Source of the DNA: Camelus ferus
Lineage: Eukaryota
Reading direction: 5' to 3'
Length of the DNA stretch: 64,000 bases
Assembly (NCBI RefSeq): GCF_009834535.1
Contig: NC_045697.1
Span: forward strand, 57,352,001-57,416,000
Under the pieces are notes generated by a model. The model searched no databases, was not told the DNA's origin, and saw nothing but the letters and a program-made list of their open reading frames with translations. Shown here piece by piece: positions 49,136-62,879 of the stretch (its first letter is position 1; every line of letters starts with the position of its first letter). A program made the translations under genes and the position numbers.

Positions 49136-51489
49136 TTAAAGGCTGAATAGAGTGAGAACATTGGATACTCAAGGAGAAGCAAAATCACCTCTTAGTTTTA
49201 TTTATTTTTAATAATTTAATAAATGATAAGGTGAATTGCTAATAAGATTTAACAACATATTTAAAAATAGGATGAGTTTAAATAATATATAATTGCAATA
49301 AAGCAGTAATGATATGGGCTCCAAATTAACAAAAGTGCACAGCAGTAACCAAAGGATCATTTGTCAAAATACTATTTATTGTAAAATAATGTAAACATTT
49401 GTAGCTATGGCTTTGTAAAACATTATTAGTAGATATGAATAGTGCCACTAAAATGTTGATTACTTTTGTGTAAGATATTTGCAGTCCAACAATACTGTAT
49501 AGTTTTAGGCAAATGTGTGTTTTCCTTCTCTACTAAATTTACCCCCAAATCTCTAGAATAAAATAAAATAAGAGGACAGCAAGGTATTCAGTAGGGGTAG
49601 ATATGATTGACAGATAGGAAGTCTTTGTATAAAAAGCCACCTTAAAAGAAGATTCTTTGTTTAGAAAATAAATAACAACCCTCATGGTAATATATTAACT
49701 CATTCTCCTTTGATTCTATGTTGATATTCTACTGTAAAAATTCTAATGATTATGTTTATAAGCCCTAAGGATATATTAACAGATTATACAGAATCATGAT
49801 AGCTAGCAAAAAAATCTAGCAAGTAATATTCATTCTATCTATATATGCTGGATAGTGTGGGGAGATGATATTATTGAAAAATTTATGTTCAGAGAAAGGC
49901 AACTCTAATTTGCACTTCGCGTTGTCCCTTCAAATGGTCCATACAACATAAATAACCTAATATGTCTAAAACTAAATCTTAAACTTTAAGTACAGTTGGG
50001 AGAACCATTACAGAAGTGTTATAGGAGATTTTTACTCATACATTTATATAATTAATTTCCCAAACCAATGTTTTAAACCCATCTAAGTCTTTTAGGCATA
50101 ATTCTCAAAATTTTAGTTTCTTTTGAACTTGCTTCTCTCACATTCACAACTACTCGCTAGACTATCATTTGGCATTTTTGAGCTTGTTCTTTCCTTAATT
50201 TTTCTTCTTTCCAAAGAGACCTTTACTTTTGTACCTTGTTAAATACACCTGGTCGTTGTACAGTAATTCCCCAGCAGGCTTGATTTTCTCAAGTTAAGAA
50301 GTTTAAGAGATTTGATCTACAAACTTGTTAACAAGATTAAAAACAACATGACAGAATCACACTGTTCATAGTTCATTTTGTTTTCTCTGTGATATATACA
50401 GAGATTCGATGGGAAGTCTGAAGTCTGAACTCAGTAAAACAGCACAAAATAGAGGTCAGTTGAGAAGTTATTTAAGGCCAAAGATCTGTAACCTGTGGTT
50501 TAAAACAGAGTGTATTATTCAGGTTTGGATCAATAACCTTTCTTAGGTCATAGGATTAGCTTCTGTAGAGGCTTCAACTTCTGATAAACAGGACTTTATT
50601 TCTGGAAAGAGTTAATTGACTTGATCACAATGAATAACAGACCTCATTCTTGATTGAAAATCCAGGATTAAATGTAATTAGATCAATACATTTGAATTTT
50701 TGCCCTGCTCCTCTTAGACCATAATCTTCCTCCTTTTATATATAAAATAACAAACATGCAATAATCCCTTCCCTCCAAAAGTGAAACTATAGATAAATGT
50801 CATAATAACACAAATTAAAATTACTATAAAGAAAGCTGTCAAAGTAATGTGTTGATCAAAGAATGTGCTTTCTTTTCTGAGAACTCTGATGGTTTATACA
50901 ATAAGAGAAATAGCAACAAGAAAATGATTTCAAGGCATGCTAATTTAACTTGCACAGGCCATATTCAAAACCAAACCCATATGCTTTGTTTCCAAGAAAA
51001 ATAATCATTTTATGGAAATACTTTTGAACTATTCTGTATCTATTTAATTCTGTCTTAGATAGAGATAAGATTTTATTATCAATGTGTGTGCTTTTTCTTC
51101 AAGGGGAAAAAGGGGATAAGCATTAATTTAATCAGCAATATATATATATATAAAGTATGTGCTATATAGCACTGATTGTGCCTCGTACCTAGTACTAGGA
51201 GAAGAATAAAAAAGTTTTCAAAGGGTTCCAGTAAAAACTGAAAATAAATTTGAAAAAGATTTAAAAACAATAAAAAAAGTATAGTCAAATATTCTTTAAT
51301 GAGGAGAGAGAATTCAGGAAAAATTTTAGTTATAAAGGAATAGACCTCATGAGCATTGAATAATGAATATTTTTTAATTGGGCTGAGGGGTGGGAAAGTT
51401 ATTCTAGGTAGGAATTTTAATGGTAAATTTGTAAAATTCTGAAATTTTAGCATATATTCTGAGTGCCCTGAGGAATTCATTATTACTGG

Positions 51490-52150
51490 ATTCTAGAATT
51501 CTCAGAAGTGAGGCTCTGTACTGACTCATGCCCCTTTGCTCATGCTACATATTTTGGAACACTGAAGGTTTGGTCTTGGAAGCCTCTCGTTTTGTTTCTT
51601 ATTCTCTTTCTCTTTGTATTTCTCTGAATACATCTTGTAGCATGGCTTTAAATGTCATCTCTATATTAAATTTATACCTACAGCCTCATTTCACCAATAA
51701 ACTTACAACACTTAACCACCTGACTAGTTGCTAACTGTACCTAGAGAGAGATCTAGGTACAGAACAGATCCAGAATACAGTTTCTACTTTTCACCAGGTT
51801 GTCATACCCCAGTTAACAGCACCTCCAGGATCTACCCAGTTCTCAGCCAAAGCCTAGAAGTCATTTTTGGCTTGAATTTTTCTTTCACCGTCTGTGTCCA
51901 AGTAATCATCAAGTGGTTGTCTATTCTACAGTACCCAAGTTATATACTAAATTTATCTGGCCCTTCCATCACTTCTAAGATTCTGGTGCAAACAATTGTT
52001 ATTTCTCACTGGGGCATTCCAATAGTTTTTCATCTCTCTTCCTACTTTTGTTCTTGCCCATCTCCAATCCATTCTCTCCACTGTGGTCAGTGTGAAATTT
52101 TTTTAAAAAGAAAAATTATTTTCTTTCCTGCTTGAAACTTAGTAAATGGT
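51490..52150 (+). mobile_element. LINE-2 fragment
   Basis: CATGGCTTTAAATGTCATCTC, CAGCCAAAGCCTAGAAGTCATT and CTCCAATCCATTCTCTCCACTGTGGTCAG blocks. Confidence 0.7.
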
Positions 52151-52159
52151 GACTTTTCC

Positions 52160-55100
52160 CTTCCTTTTCTTCTTGTAGAGATTTATCATTCTTTTTTATA
52201 CATACCTTTCCAAAGTACCAGTTTGGGGTTTTAAAATTTTTTTCTGTTGTTTTCCTGCTATCAGTTTCACTGATTTCTGCTTTAATTTTTCTGCTATTTA
52301 TTTTCTTCCATTTACTTTAAGCTTAACTTGCTTTTCTTTTCCTAGTTTCTTAATGCAGAAGCTTTTATTGATTTTAGAAATTTTGATTTCTGAAATACAC
52401 AATGAATTCTGTGAATTTCCCTCTAAGTCCTGATTTCAGTATATCCCACAAATTTTGGTGAGTTGTATTTTAATTTTCATTTACTTCAAAATGTTTTTAT
52501 TTTTATTTTTTTGAGTTTCTACTGAACTTCTTTGACCTATGTATTATTCAGAAATGAATTTCTTGATCAACACATATTTGGGATTTTTATATTTTTTATT
52601 GACTTCTATAATTTCATTGTCGTCTGAGGATATACTTTGTGTGATTTCTGCTATTTTAAATTTATGTTTTAAGGTGAAGGATGTGGTCTAACTTGGTGAA
52701 ATGTTTCACGTCACCTTGAGAGAATGTATTTGCTAGTTTTGTTGATGGAGTATTCTATAAATGTCAAATCAAGCTGATAAATAATCCTGTTCAAGTCAAC
52801 TATATTCTTACTGATGTTCTGTCTGCTTGATCCATCAGTTACTGAAAGAAAATATTGAAGTTTTCAACTGTAAGTAGATTTGTTTGTTTATTTTTGCAAT
52901 TCTATCAGTTTTGCCTCATCTGGTACACTATTGTTAGGTGCATACATGTTTAGAATCATTTTGTCTTCTTGATTATTGACTATTTTATCATTATGTAATA
53001 CCCCTCATTATCTCTGATAATTTTTCTTGTTCTGAAGCCTGCTTTCTTTGAAATTAATGTTAGTACTACAGCTTTCTTTTTCTATTGTTTATTAAGGTAT
53101 CTGTCCCCTTCCTTTTATTATAATCTTTCTGAGTTTTTACATTTAATGTGAGTTTCTTATAGAAAACAAAAAGTTTTAATACAATCTGTTAATCTACGTC
53201 TTATAGTCAGTTTAGACCGTTTACCTTTAAAATGTTATATACATCATTAAATTAATATCTACTATGTATTCTATTTGATGTACTTTTTCTTTGTTTCTTT
53301 CTTCCTCACCTCTAATCTGCTCCTTATTAAATTGTTTTAGTGGTTGCCCTACAGTTTGCAACACATGTTTGTAACTAATCCAAGTTGAACTTCAAATAAC
53401 CCTATAACACTTTAAGTGTTACACCTTATAACTGAGAATGCCCAATTCCTCTCCCTTGCCCATTATGTAGTTGCTTTATTAATTTCACTTATTCTTGTGC
53501 TATAATCACCCCATATTGATACTATAATTTTTAAAAAGCTATCTTTTAGGTCAATTGAGAAGAGATAATGCAAAAGATTTTACTTTACCTTCAGTTATAC
53601 TTTTGTGGGTGTTCTTTTCTTTTTGTAGATCTGTGTTTCTGAACTACATAATTTTCTTTCTCTTTGAAGGGCTTCTTTTAACATTTCTTGTAAGAAATGT
53701 CTGCTAGTAATGAATTCACTCAGATTTTTTTCTGCAAAAGTGTTTCTTTCCTTTTCACTTTTGAAGAATTTCACTGGATATAGAATTTTAATTGGTGGTT
53801 TTAATTTCTTTTCCATTTTAATACTTCACTTCACTCTCCTTTTACTTGTCTGGTTTCTGATGATGTCTGCTGTAATTTCTAATGTTATTCCTCTATAGGT
53901 AGGATACTCTACCTTCCCCAGCTTCTTTCAAGATTTACTTTTTCTTACTGTGCAGTTTGGTTATGATATAACTAGATGCACATTTTCTGATGTTGATCCT
54001 TCTTAGTGTTCTCTGAGCTACCCATATCTGGGTTTGATGGCTGTCATTAATTTTGGAAATTTTTAGGTAATTATTATTTCAAATATTTCTTTTGTTCCAC
54101 TCTTTCTCCTTCTGTTATTTCAATTATGTATATATTACACTTTAGTATTTATCACTCAGTTCTCAAGATATTGGTATTATGTTTTTGTCATTTTTTTTCT
54201 CTTTGAATTTCAGTTTAGAAAGTTTCTATTGACCAATTTCAAAATCACTGATTTTTTTTTATAGCTGTGTCTAGTCTGTTGATGAGCCCATCAAAGATAT
54301 TCTTCATTTCTGTTATAATTTTTTCTAACATTCCTCTTTGATGATTTTGAGTTTCAATCCCTCTGCTTATATTACCAATTTATTGTGCCAAGTTATCTAT
54401 TTTATTATATCTTTTAACATATTATTTTATCTTCTCTGTCTGCAAATTCTGACACTTATGCCATATCTGAGCCTCATTTGTGTGCTTACTTTTTCTCTTT
54501 AGAATTTTTGCTTGCTTTTGAGCATGTTTTGTCACTTTATCAAAACCCAGACTTGATGTACTGGGTAATAAACACTGAATTAAATAAGCTGTTAGTGTAA
54601 AAGTTTTTGTTTTTGTTTTTAATTTGCTAGGAGAGAAAAGAATGTTAGAGGGGGCTAGAGTGAGAGAAATGCCTTTCCCTGAGGTGGGGTAAACTGCTGG
54701 TAAAGTTTCTTCCACTGTAGAATAGGCCTTTTTGTGGAGAATTCTCCAAGCATGTCATAATGGTTACAGTTCTCCTATGTCTGCCAGAACCATAAGGAGG
54801 GCTTTCTCACTCTTCACCATGAGAACCTGGTGAGGGTCCTGAGAGGAAAACCCAAAATGAAACACAAAATGTGGGGTCCCACTGAATCTGCAAATCCTCA
54901 CTCTTATTCTAGTCTACATTCAGCCTCTATAATTTGTCAAAATTACCATTTGAGTGTTCTCACCAATTTATGGCTCTGGTAAATTCTGCTTTGGTAAGCA
55001 GACCAGAGATGTGATTGTCTGGATTCTTCTGCCTCTTCAGATTTGGGGTGTCATTTTTGCCTTGAAACCTCAGTTCTCTGATGAGTCCAAGAAATGGCTA

Positions 55101-55190
55101 ATTTTAAGTTTGTTCAATTTTTTCTTGTTGTAAGGATGAAATTGATACCTTCTAACTTGGTACATGATAAAGATGAATCTTGAACTCTAG
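52160..55190 (-). mobile_element. Old L1M 5' half: 5' UTR, ORF1 remnant, inter-ORF spacer, ORF2 endonuclease remnant
   Basis: ORF 53595-53816 (KILYPVKFFKSEKERNTFAEKNLSEFITSRHFLQEMLKEAL) is an L1 ORF1 CTD; antisense EN-type blocks TTGTTAGGTGCATACATGTTTAG and GGAGTATTCTATAAATGTC. Confidence 0.85.
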
Positions 55191-55619
55191 AATACTTATT
55201 GTTTTAATTTTCATAGCTAGACCCTTGATCCACTTGTATTTGCTTATTATTTATAACCAAGTTTATCTTTTAATAAAAATCCAATTTACCTAGTAATAGT
55301 TTTCATTATAATATGGAGCTTCCTTTGCCATAAATCAGAATTTCTATGTGTATATATCTATGTCAATCTGGTTTTTGCTTCTGTTCTGATAGTCTAACCA
55401 ATGTCCTACGGTTTTAATTGTTGTAACTGTAAAGTCTTGGTAAGTTGCTGTATTAATCCTTTAGCTTACTTCCTTCTCATCACAATCATTTTAGCTAATT
55501 TGGTCATTTGTATTTCCATGTAAATATTATAATCTTCATATCAGTGGTGGGATTTTGATGCTAATTCTTTGGATGATTTAGAGTAATTTAGCTGCTGCTA
55601 TAAATAAGTATTTTAAAAG

Positions 55620-55850
55620 TCACTTTGTGCTTCTATCAGGCTGCTTTAGAGTGATGGGCAATTTTTAACAACTAGTCACTTGCATGAACATGAGTCAATA
55701 GCTGCACATCCACTTTTTGTAAAATGAGTTCTTTGTTCAGAAGCAATACTCTGTGTGGAATCTCATAACACTGTGTATGACATTGCTGTAAGTCTACAGT
55801 TTGTGATTTTTGCTGAAATACTGAGGGCAAGAAAAGTACTTTTATAAGGG
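55620..55850 (-). mobile_element. ERV-L/MaLR-type integrase remnant
   Basis: Minus strand reads ...SIASEQRTHFTK..., resembling the ERV-L integrase motif SIASDQGTHFT. Confidence 0.55.
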
Positions 55851-57839
55851 CATTAAAACCTAAGTCTAACTCAGAGCCAATTTAGAGAGCCAATTCTTAA
55901 GGTTTTGTTCCTTGAAATTATTGCTAGAGCCATTTTTGTTCATTAAAGTTTATTCAGAGAAGCACATCTCTACTGGTGATATCATAGACTTATTAGAATT
56001 AGACTTAACTCTATCTTGAGGACTGGTGAAGAAGTCTGTGTTAGCCTGCTATCTGGTTCTTAGTATGGTAGGTATGGCAGAAAGACATGATTAGTTTTCT
56101 GGGTTATTATTGAAGATAATTATTGAAGAGCCTGTCTTTGGGTGGTGGAGAGGCTGGTGTAAGGATTTCAATATCTCCTAAGTGTTCTCTTGCAGATGAA
56201 AAAGTGAGAGTAACAGAAAGTGGTGACCTATTATAACTGAATGGAGATGGGGTATGGAGATAATAATGTTATAACATATTTTACCTTATGTAGTGGAAGG
56301 GCTTTATTATTAGTTCCTTACTCTTCTTGGAACTATTCCTTCCAAATTGAAGAATTCATGACTCCATATTTCTCCTTCCCTATGAGGAAATAGCCGATAT
56401 TCAGAAAGAATGATCCCCATAATAGAATATTAATATAGTTGGTCTGAATGGATTTAAGAGAATATCATAACTTGAAACTACCTTATCAAGCAGTAATTTT
56501 CCCAGTCAAAACTACAAAGCATTGATGAAGTAGGTAGGTAATAGGTAGATAGGCGATTAGATAGATGTCAAATAAAAATTAATGTAGTGTTTTCCTATAC
56601 ATAAAACAGTATATGTATGAGCTCCTAGTGACATGGCATCAAGCTCTAGCTCATTATTAACGGATATTCCAGTTATAACCCTTCATATTCTTATAAGAAT
56701 ACAACCTCATTCAGCTACTATACCTCCTGTTAGGTTTTGCAGCAGTAGGGAAGGCACCTAAAATCCATGAATTTAGTACTGAATGTCTATCAAGGACTGT
56801 CAGAATATCTTTGTCATAGCATTTTTTTCTGAATTGGTATTTAACGGCTATAGAACACATGGCATCCAAGGTTGCTGGCAGTGTGAAACAATCACTCTCT
56901 TTTTGGTTCTTACAACTTTGAAAGTATATGACCGTCACACAATGAAAAGGGGATCATGACCTTTTGACCAAGTGGAAAGCATTAAAGTGTGAAAGGAAAA
57001 AGGGCACTCAAAATAATTCTCCCTTTTTTAAGTTCAGAAAACAACAACAAAAAATATACGTTACTGCCTTCTGTGCAGCAAAATGTACAAAAAATTTACT
57101 TTGAGCTTGTTAAATCTTTAATTATCTTAAAATAAAGTTTCAACCATAAAGAATTATAGTAATAGAAAGATAGCCTGAGGAAACTTCACATGATTTCAAA
57201 TAGTCTTAATATGATCTTTTTTTTTTTAATTCTACTTTTTCCTACATTCAATTTTAGAAGTTGAGAGTTTAGATGATACTGCACTGTGATTATATAGAAA
57301 CTACCAAATTAACATAAGGAGCTACTATTTTCTGTGTACTGTTAGGGGTGATTTGAACCTTATGTATTACATAAACTATAGAGAAAATTGACAAAGTTAG
57401 CAGGAGAAAAAATGAATCAGTAGCAAGCTTTATAATTTGATTCTATGGTCAAAGATTATATGAATATGCTTTTGTTTTTGTTTTGAAATAACTTTGGGCA
57501 ACTGAGAGTGTTATAGGCAAAGCTGATGAACTACACTAAAGGCTAGCCTGCTAGACTTAATGTCCAAAATCTTGCCAAAAAGGGGGAAAACGTCTCCCAC
57601 AGCCACTGTGCACTGTACTCCACAGTTTGCATTATTGGCTTTTCTGTGCCAAGAACTTGAATTTGCTTCAAGCACTATTTCCTCCTGCACCGCTGCCACT
57701 TCCCTGTCAGGTATTGACCTATGTTTCTTGCTTTCATAGCAACCATTATCAGTCCAAGACTTACAGACTGACAGAACTTATGGAACTTTTTCTAACTCCA
57801 CTTGCTCCCCACCCTTTTTTCTTCTCTTTTGTTCACCAG

Positions 57840-57918
57840 CTTCTGAGTCAAACCATGGCCTGGATTCTTCTGATTGGAATATCCAAAGCCAGTTGCTTAT
57901 TCACTAGCCACAGGGAAG
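57840..57918 (+). other. Candidate spliced exon (79 nt) containing a Kozak ATG; gene unidentified
   Basis: Branch-like TCTAAC 57791-57796, long pyrimidine tract, CAG acceptor at 57839, AAACCATGG (ATG 57855), donor AAG/GTAGGA at 57918/57919. Confidence 0.35.
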
Positions 57919-60900
57919 GTAGGAAAATAAGTGTATCAGAGATAGGGAACATTTTCACAGACTAATAAGAAAATTCTTCCAAAACTTAAAGTCTTCAAAT
58001 CTAATGAGAAAAAAGAAAATAAAACTTCCTGTCTTAAATAAAGTATCTTTAAAAAGAAGCATACCTTTCTTTTTGTTTTGTGGTTGGTGTTGATATTGGT
58101 GGTGGTGGGGATGATGGCATGTATGTATTTAACTGGTTTTGCTTTCATCTATTTTGTTTTCAATCTGCTGAGGCAAGGCACAGGTTTAAATTACAACATG
58201 AGGAATTCAGATTTATTATTAGGGAAATATCAAGCTATCAGTATACGTGTTGAGAAGCTATTCTACTGAGTACTATGGCAATAGCTTCCATCCTACTTTT
58301 GCTAGAAGTGGAGCCACTTGCAGCATGACAAGTATGCTATCTTTGTCCAAGTTTTACCTCATATCTTATTCAACATGAAGTTTTATCCAACCCTAGCTAT
58401 TAAACTTCAAAACCAGTATTTTTCCTAAAATCCCCGCCAACATTTCGAGAGCATGAGCTTCATGGTATGCTGTAGAGTCCATTTCTTCAAAATTATGAAG
58501 AACACATATAATTCTATCCATCAACAATTCTTAAAAATGTCAAGCTTACTATAAGATCCTGGAGCCCTGATTCTCATTTATCATTAAGTTACCATGTTTC
58601 AAAAAGTACCCTGTAATAGAAAAGAAAAAGAATATACTCTCCGACTCAGCTTTTGATTCCCTTGAACTGACTTAAGATAACAGCTCAGTAAACGTCTGTC
58701 GAGTGAAATCTGACATTTCAGAGAAGACTTAAAACAAACACAAACTGGGATTATTATGAAGTGACAAAACTATAAAGCAAGTCTACGTTATCATCCTTTT
58801 ATTTAGCATGAAAGGAAGAATTTTTCCCATCTATAGGCATGCAATTGACAAAGTAGGATCAAGTACAGGAAAATAATTATTATCTTCTATTTCAGATTCC
58901 ATACATGATTTAATTTCTGTTTGAGTTGGAATTGTATAAAACATGCATAAGTAAATGAGAAAAAAAGACAAATTCTGCTTGTCTCATTTGGTTCTAAATT
59001 ACAGTGTTTTATAGCTGAAAATCTAGAGATCAGTTATTAAGCTTACAGACTTGTATTAAATGAGATAATGCATTTGTAAATACATTATAAACTTTGAAAC
59101 ATTAAAATAAATATTCAGTGTTACTGTTTTCAAAGATTCAAGCAAATGACCTAGAGTAAGCAAACAATATCTAATTAAGAAAAGACACATGCCAGTTTTA
59201 AAACAAAACAGTGTTCCAGCCTGCTTAGTGCTTTTAAGTTTCACAGATTGCTAATTATTTTATAAAATAAATATTATGGACAGGTGGGTTCTCTAGTTAG
59301 TTCTTACACAAATGTTACCAACTCATATTGATCAAAAGAGACTGTTAAACTTACTAGAGCAAAGCAAAACAAAGAATTCCATTTATGCCTACTGCTTGTA
59401 GGTCTTATCTAAAATGTGACTAATTTATCTTGCCTTAAGGTAAACAACAAAACAGCAATATCACCAATGAAGTTTCATGCACCATGAAATATGCATACCT
59501 GGACATTCTTAACGTGGAGTTAATGCTGAGAAATATATTGTGTTAAATATCCTGTCGTTTTTCAAGATCCCAACGGCAGGGAGAGGGGGAATATTGCCTC
59601 TCAGCCACTTAATTATCTGCGATGTATATGCAGATGTTCAGAGTTAGATGAGGTCTTTACATTTCACCTCTAAGCACCACATTAGTAATTCATGAATCCA
59701 CTACTAATGTTTCTGTGGCATTCAGGCAGAATGAAAAATTAAGCAATAATGACTTCAAAGGTGGAAGAACCACAAAATAACTCTGTACCTTTGAGGTCAT
59801 TTTTACCATTTGAACACAAATTATATGAGTGCACTTCATTGGCTTCAGTATTTGCAAAGCATTGCTAATGAACAGGGAGGTTATTTAGGAAATGGAGTGC
59901 AGGAGGTAGATAGAGATAGAACACTGAAGCTTAACAGAATTGATTCCAAATATAAAAAGAAACTCATTTATTGCTTTTAAATGGCCTAATCTGTAAAATC
60001 TACAGATGAAACATATTTTCAGAAAATCCAGGAAATGAACCAAAGTTGTTCAATCAACAAGATCAACTTTAGGCACTTGCTTTTTGTGACTCCTTTGCTC
60101 AATGGGAACTCAGAAATAATGATACATAAAAGCGTCTTTGTTTTATACAGTAGTTTTTGAAAATGCAGGCATATAAGACAAATTATACCCTCCTTAAACT
60201 GCTTAAAAGCAATTTTTCTCTAGCTGACTAAATTGTACATTGATACATAATATCATTGTATTAAAATATTGTAATGGTCCAGTAAAGCAAACTGTCTCAG
60301 CCTTAACTGTAAAATTTCAAAATAATAAAAATGATAAGATAAATATTAATTTACAAACTATCCAGTATGTTAAAATTTTTGAAATCATTATGTAAAATAG
60401 TGAAATGCTAACTGTGAAACTTAATAATAACATTTTGAAAATATTCTAGATTATTTAGTTCAATGGATACCCAACAATCTGATATAGGTTAATCCTTTTA
60501 ATAAGGTACATCTTTACTATTTGCTTCATTAGCTATATTGTGTTGTCTCACATAATAAAATATTCTAAATCAGCAAATATACAATGCCTAGAGACTAGAT
60601 ACGTTCAATGGATTATAATTATAATTGTCTTCCAAATTATGAATGATAGCTGTAAAATAATAAAAGTTCTTAGTAACTAACTTATTTTCCACAGGATATC
60701 TATTACCATGCCTACCATCAGTGCAACCCAATATAACTCAACTTCCTATGATACAGTCAGATTTAAATCTGATTTAATATGGTTGGGTGATACTTTAATA
60801 TGATTAATATGATGAAGTTTCCAAATAAGATTGCCTAAAGCCAACAAAACCCTGAAAATATGTCCTGTACTCATAAAAAGAAAAATATTTTTCATAAATA

Positions 60901-61009
60901 GTTATCTTTATATAATAGAATGTGTATATATGTGTGTGTATATGCTAAATGTCATTCTCTGCTGCAGATACAACTAAACATTTTATTTCAAGTTGAAAAA
61001 AGTAAATAT

Positions 61010-62450
61010 ACAGATCTATTGCAAGAGTCATGCCATAATCTTTTTTGAGAGATTCTTGTCGACGTGATTCCCCATTGTCCCTAAATATGATAGTATGTAT
61101 TGCCTATAAACAATGACACATTGCCATATTGCCGTAGTGCAACCATAAAAACCAGAAAATTCTCACTGGTACATTAATACCATATAATTCTCAGCCTGTG
61201 CTGAAGTTTTGACAGTTATCTCAATAATGTCCTTTATAGCAAAGGGGTCCAATCCAGGAACACCCATTTCATTGAGTTTAATCTCTTTCAATCTGGTACA
61301 TATTCTTAGTCTTTGACTTCTGTGTCCATGACATCTTTAACATTTACAGTCCAGGTATTTTATGATTTATTTTTCCATTTGAGTGTATTTGATATTTCCT
61401 ATGCTTTCAAGTTGTATAGTCCTGGCAAAAATATCACAGGAAAACATTCTGCTCTTCTCATTGCACCTCATGAAATAGTAGCTGGTGCAGATTTGTCCCA
61501 CTACATGTAAGATTAACTTTGATCACTTGAAAAAGGTGCTGTTTCTCCCCTGCCGACCTGCAGAGATATCCTTTTTTTTCTTTCATCACTAATAACACTT
61601 TATGAGAGGATGCTTCGAGGCAATGTAACTATCATTCCTCATCCAAATATTATATTATCAGTAGCTATGATATTTCTTGCCTGAATTAATATAAATATAA
61701 TGGTGGCAAAATAATTTTCTAATTCTTCATTACTTGAAAATTGTTAGTTGTCATTTTTCCATGGAAAATCCCTCTCTAGCCTGCCCATTTATTCATGTCT
61801 TCTTTCAGTTTATTTATATCAATAGGGACACATGAATCGGTTTTATTAAATAGGTTATTAATCTTTTACTACTAAAATCTACATTGACATTCACATTATC
61901 CCAGTTTTAACCAACAGGATCCCTTTTTTTTTTTTTTTTCTGTCTTTTTGACATGTTCCCATTACTCTTTCAGCACTTTCTAACAACAGAATATTTAGCA
62001 AAAAGATATTCTTTCACCACCCCTGAAATCAGCCATTGTTCCAAGGAGCCTTTGGAGTACTTCTCCAAGCAGCATCTTATTCAAGTGATCAGAATTAATA
62101 TCAGAAGTAGTTGAACGAATTTGCACTGGGTACTGCCTCATGAGATGCAATGAGAAAACCAGAACATTCTTCTGTGATATTCCTGCCAAAAATATTTAAC
62201 TTGAATCTAATAATGACATTTGGAAATCAAGATTCAAATTTTAAGTATGCTCATTCTTACTGGGGTTTGGTGCTTTCGGATTTTGTTTGTGGTCAGGACT
62301 GTGGGTTGCAAAAATATAAACAGATTTTCACTTCTATATTTTTCTACTTTTCTCTGTATGTACTAAAACTCTTAAGTACACAATGACAAACCCAAATTAG
62401 TATAATAGCACAAGGTTCATTCTAGTGTGTTCTCCATTATTATTTAGGAT
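61010..62450 (-). mobile_element. Old L1 (L1MC-type) 3' UTR, antisense, with an internal inverted duplicate at 62070-62205
   Basis: CTCAATAATGTCCTTTATAGCAAA, CCCTGAAATCAGCCATTGTTCCAAGGAGCC and TTTGGAAATCAAGATTC...TATGCTCATTCTTACTGGGG blocks. Confidence 0.8.
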
Positions 62451-62879
62451 AAGGTATTTTATGTAGAAAAGAAAAAAAGAAAGAGAAAAGGAAAAGGAAA
62501 CTGTACAATAAAAACACCTGCTTGACCAAAGACCCCCATATATGCTGATTCAGATCTTCAGGCACTTTCTGACTTGATTTTCCATGAAACTGTTGGGTCC
62601 TTAATTCTATACACATCTAGCAGCCAGCAAATGTACTAAAATAACTTTCATTTACATTGCACTGTCCCAGAACTCTCCCTGTATCTAAGGGGATCCAAGA
62701 AATATAGCCCATAGCTAACCATTATAAGTGAACAACATATTAACATTATAAAAAGGGGGAGTGCAAACATTTGTTGAAAATATAATTATGTCAGTTACAC
62801 CTTAATATGTCTCTCCTCTGCATGCCTGTTTTGATCAACCACAGGTAGACTTTTACCATAGCTTATAGGAATTAAAATA

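Noticed and set aside
51079..52135. ORFs of 133 and 135 aa
   Set aside because: AT-rich compositional ORF and an L2-derived ORF; no domain similarity or exon structure.
60757..60772. Perfect 16-bp palindrome TCAGATTTAAATCTGA
   Set aside because: An 8-bp AT-rich arm is expected by chance roughly once in a window of this size.
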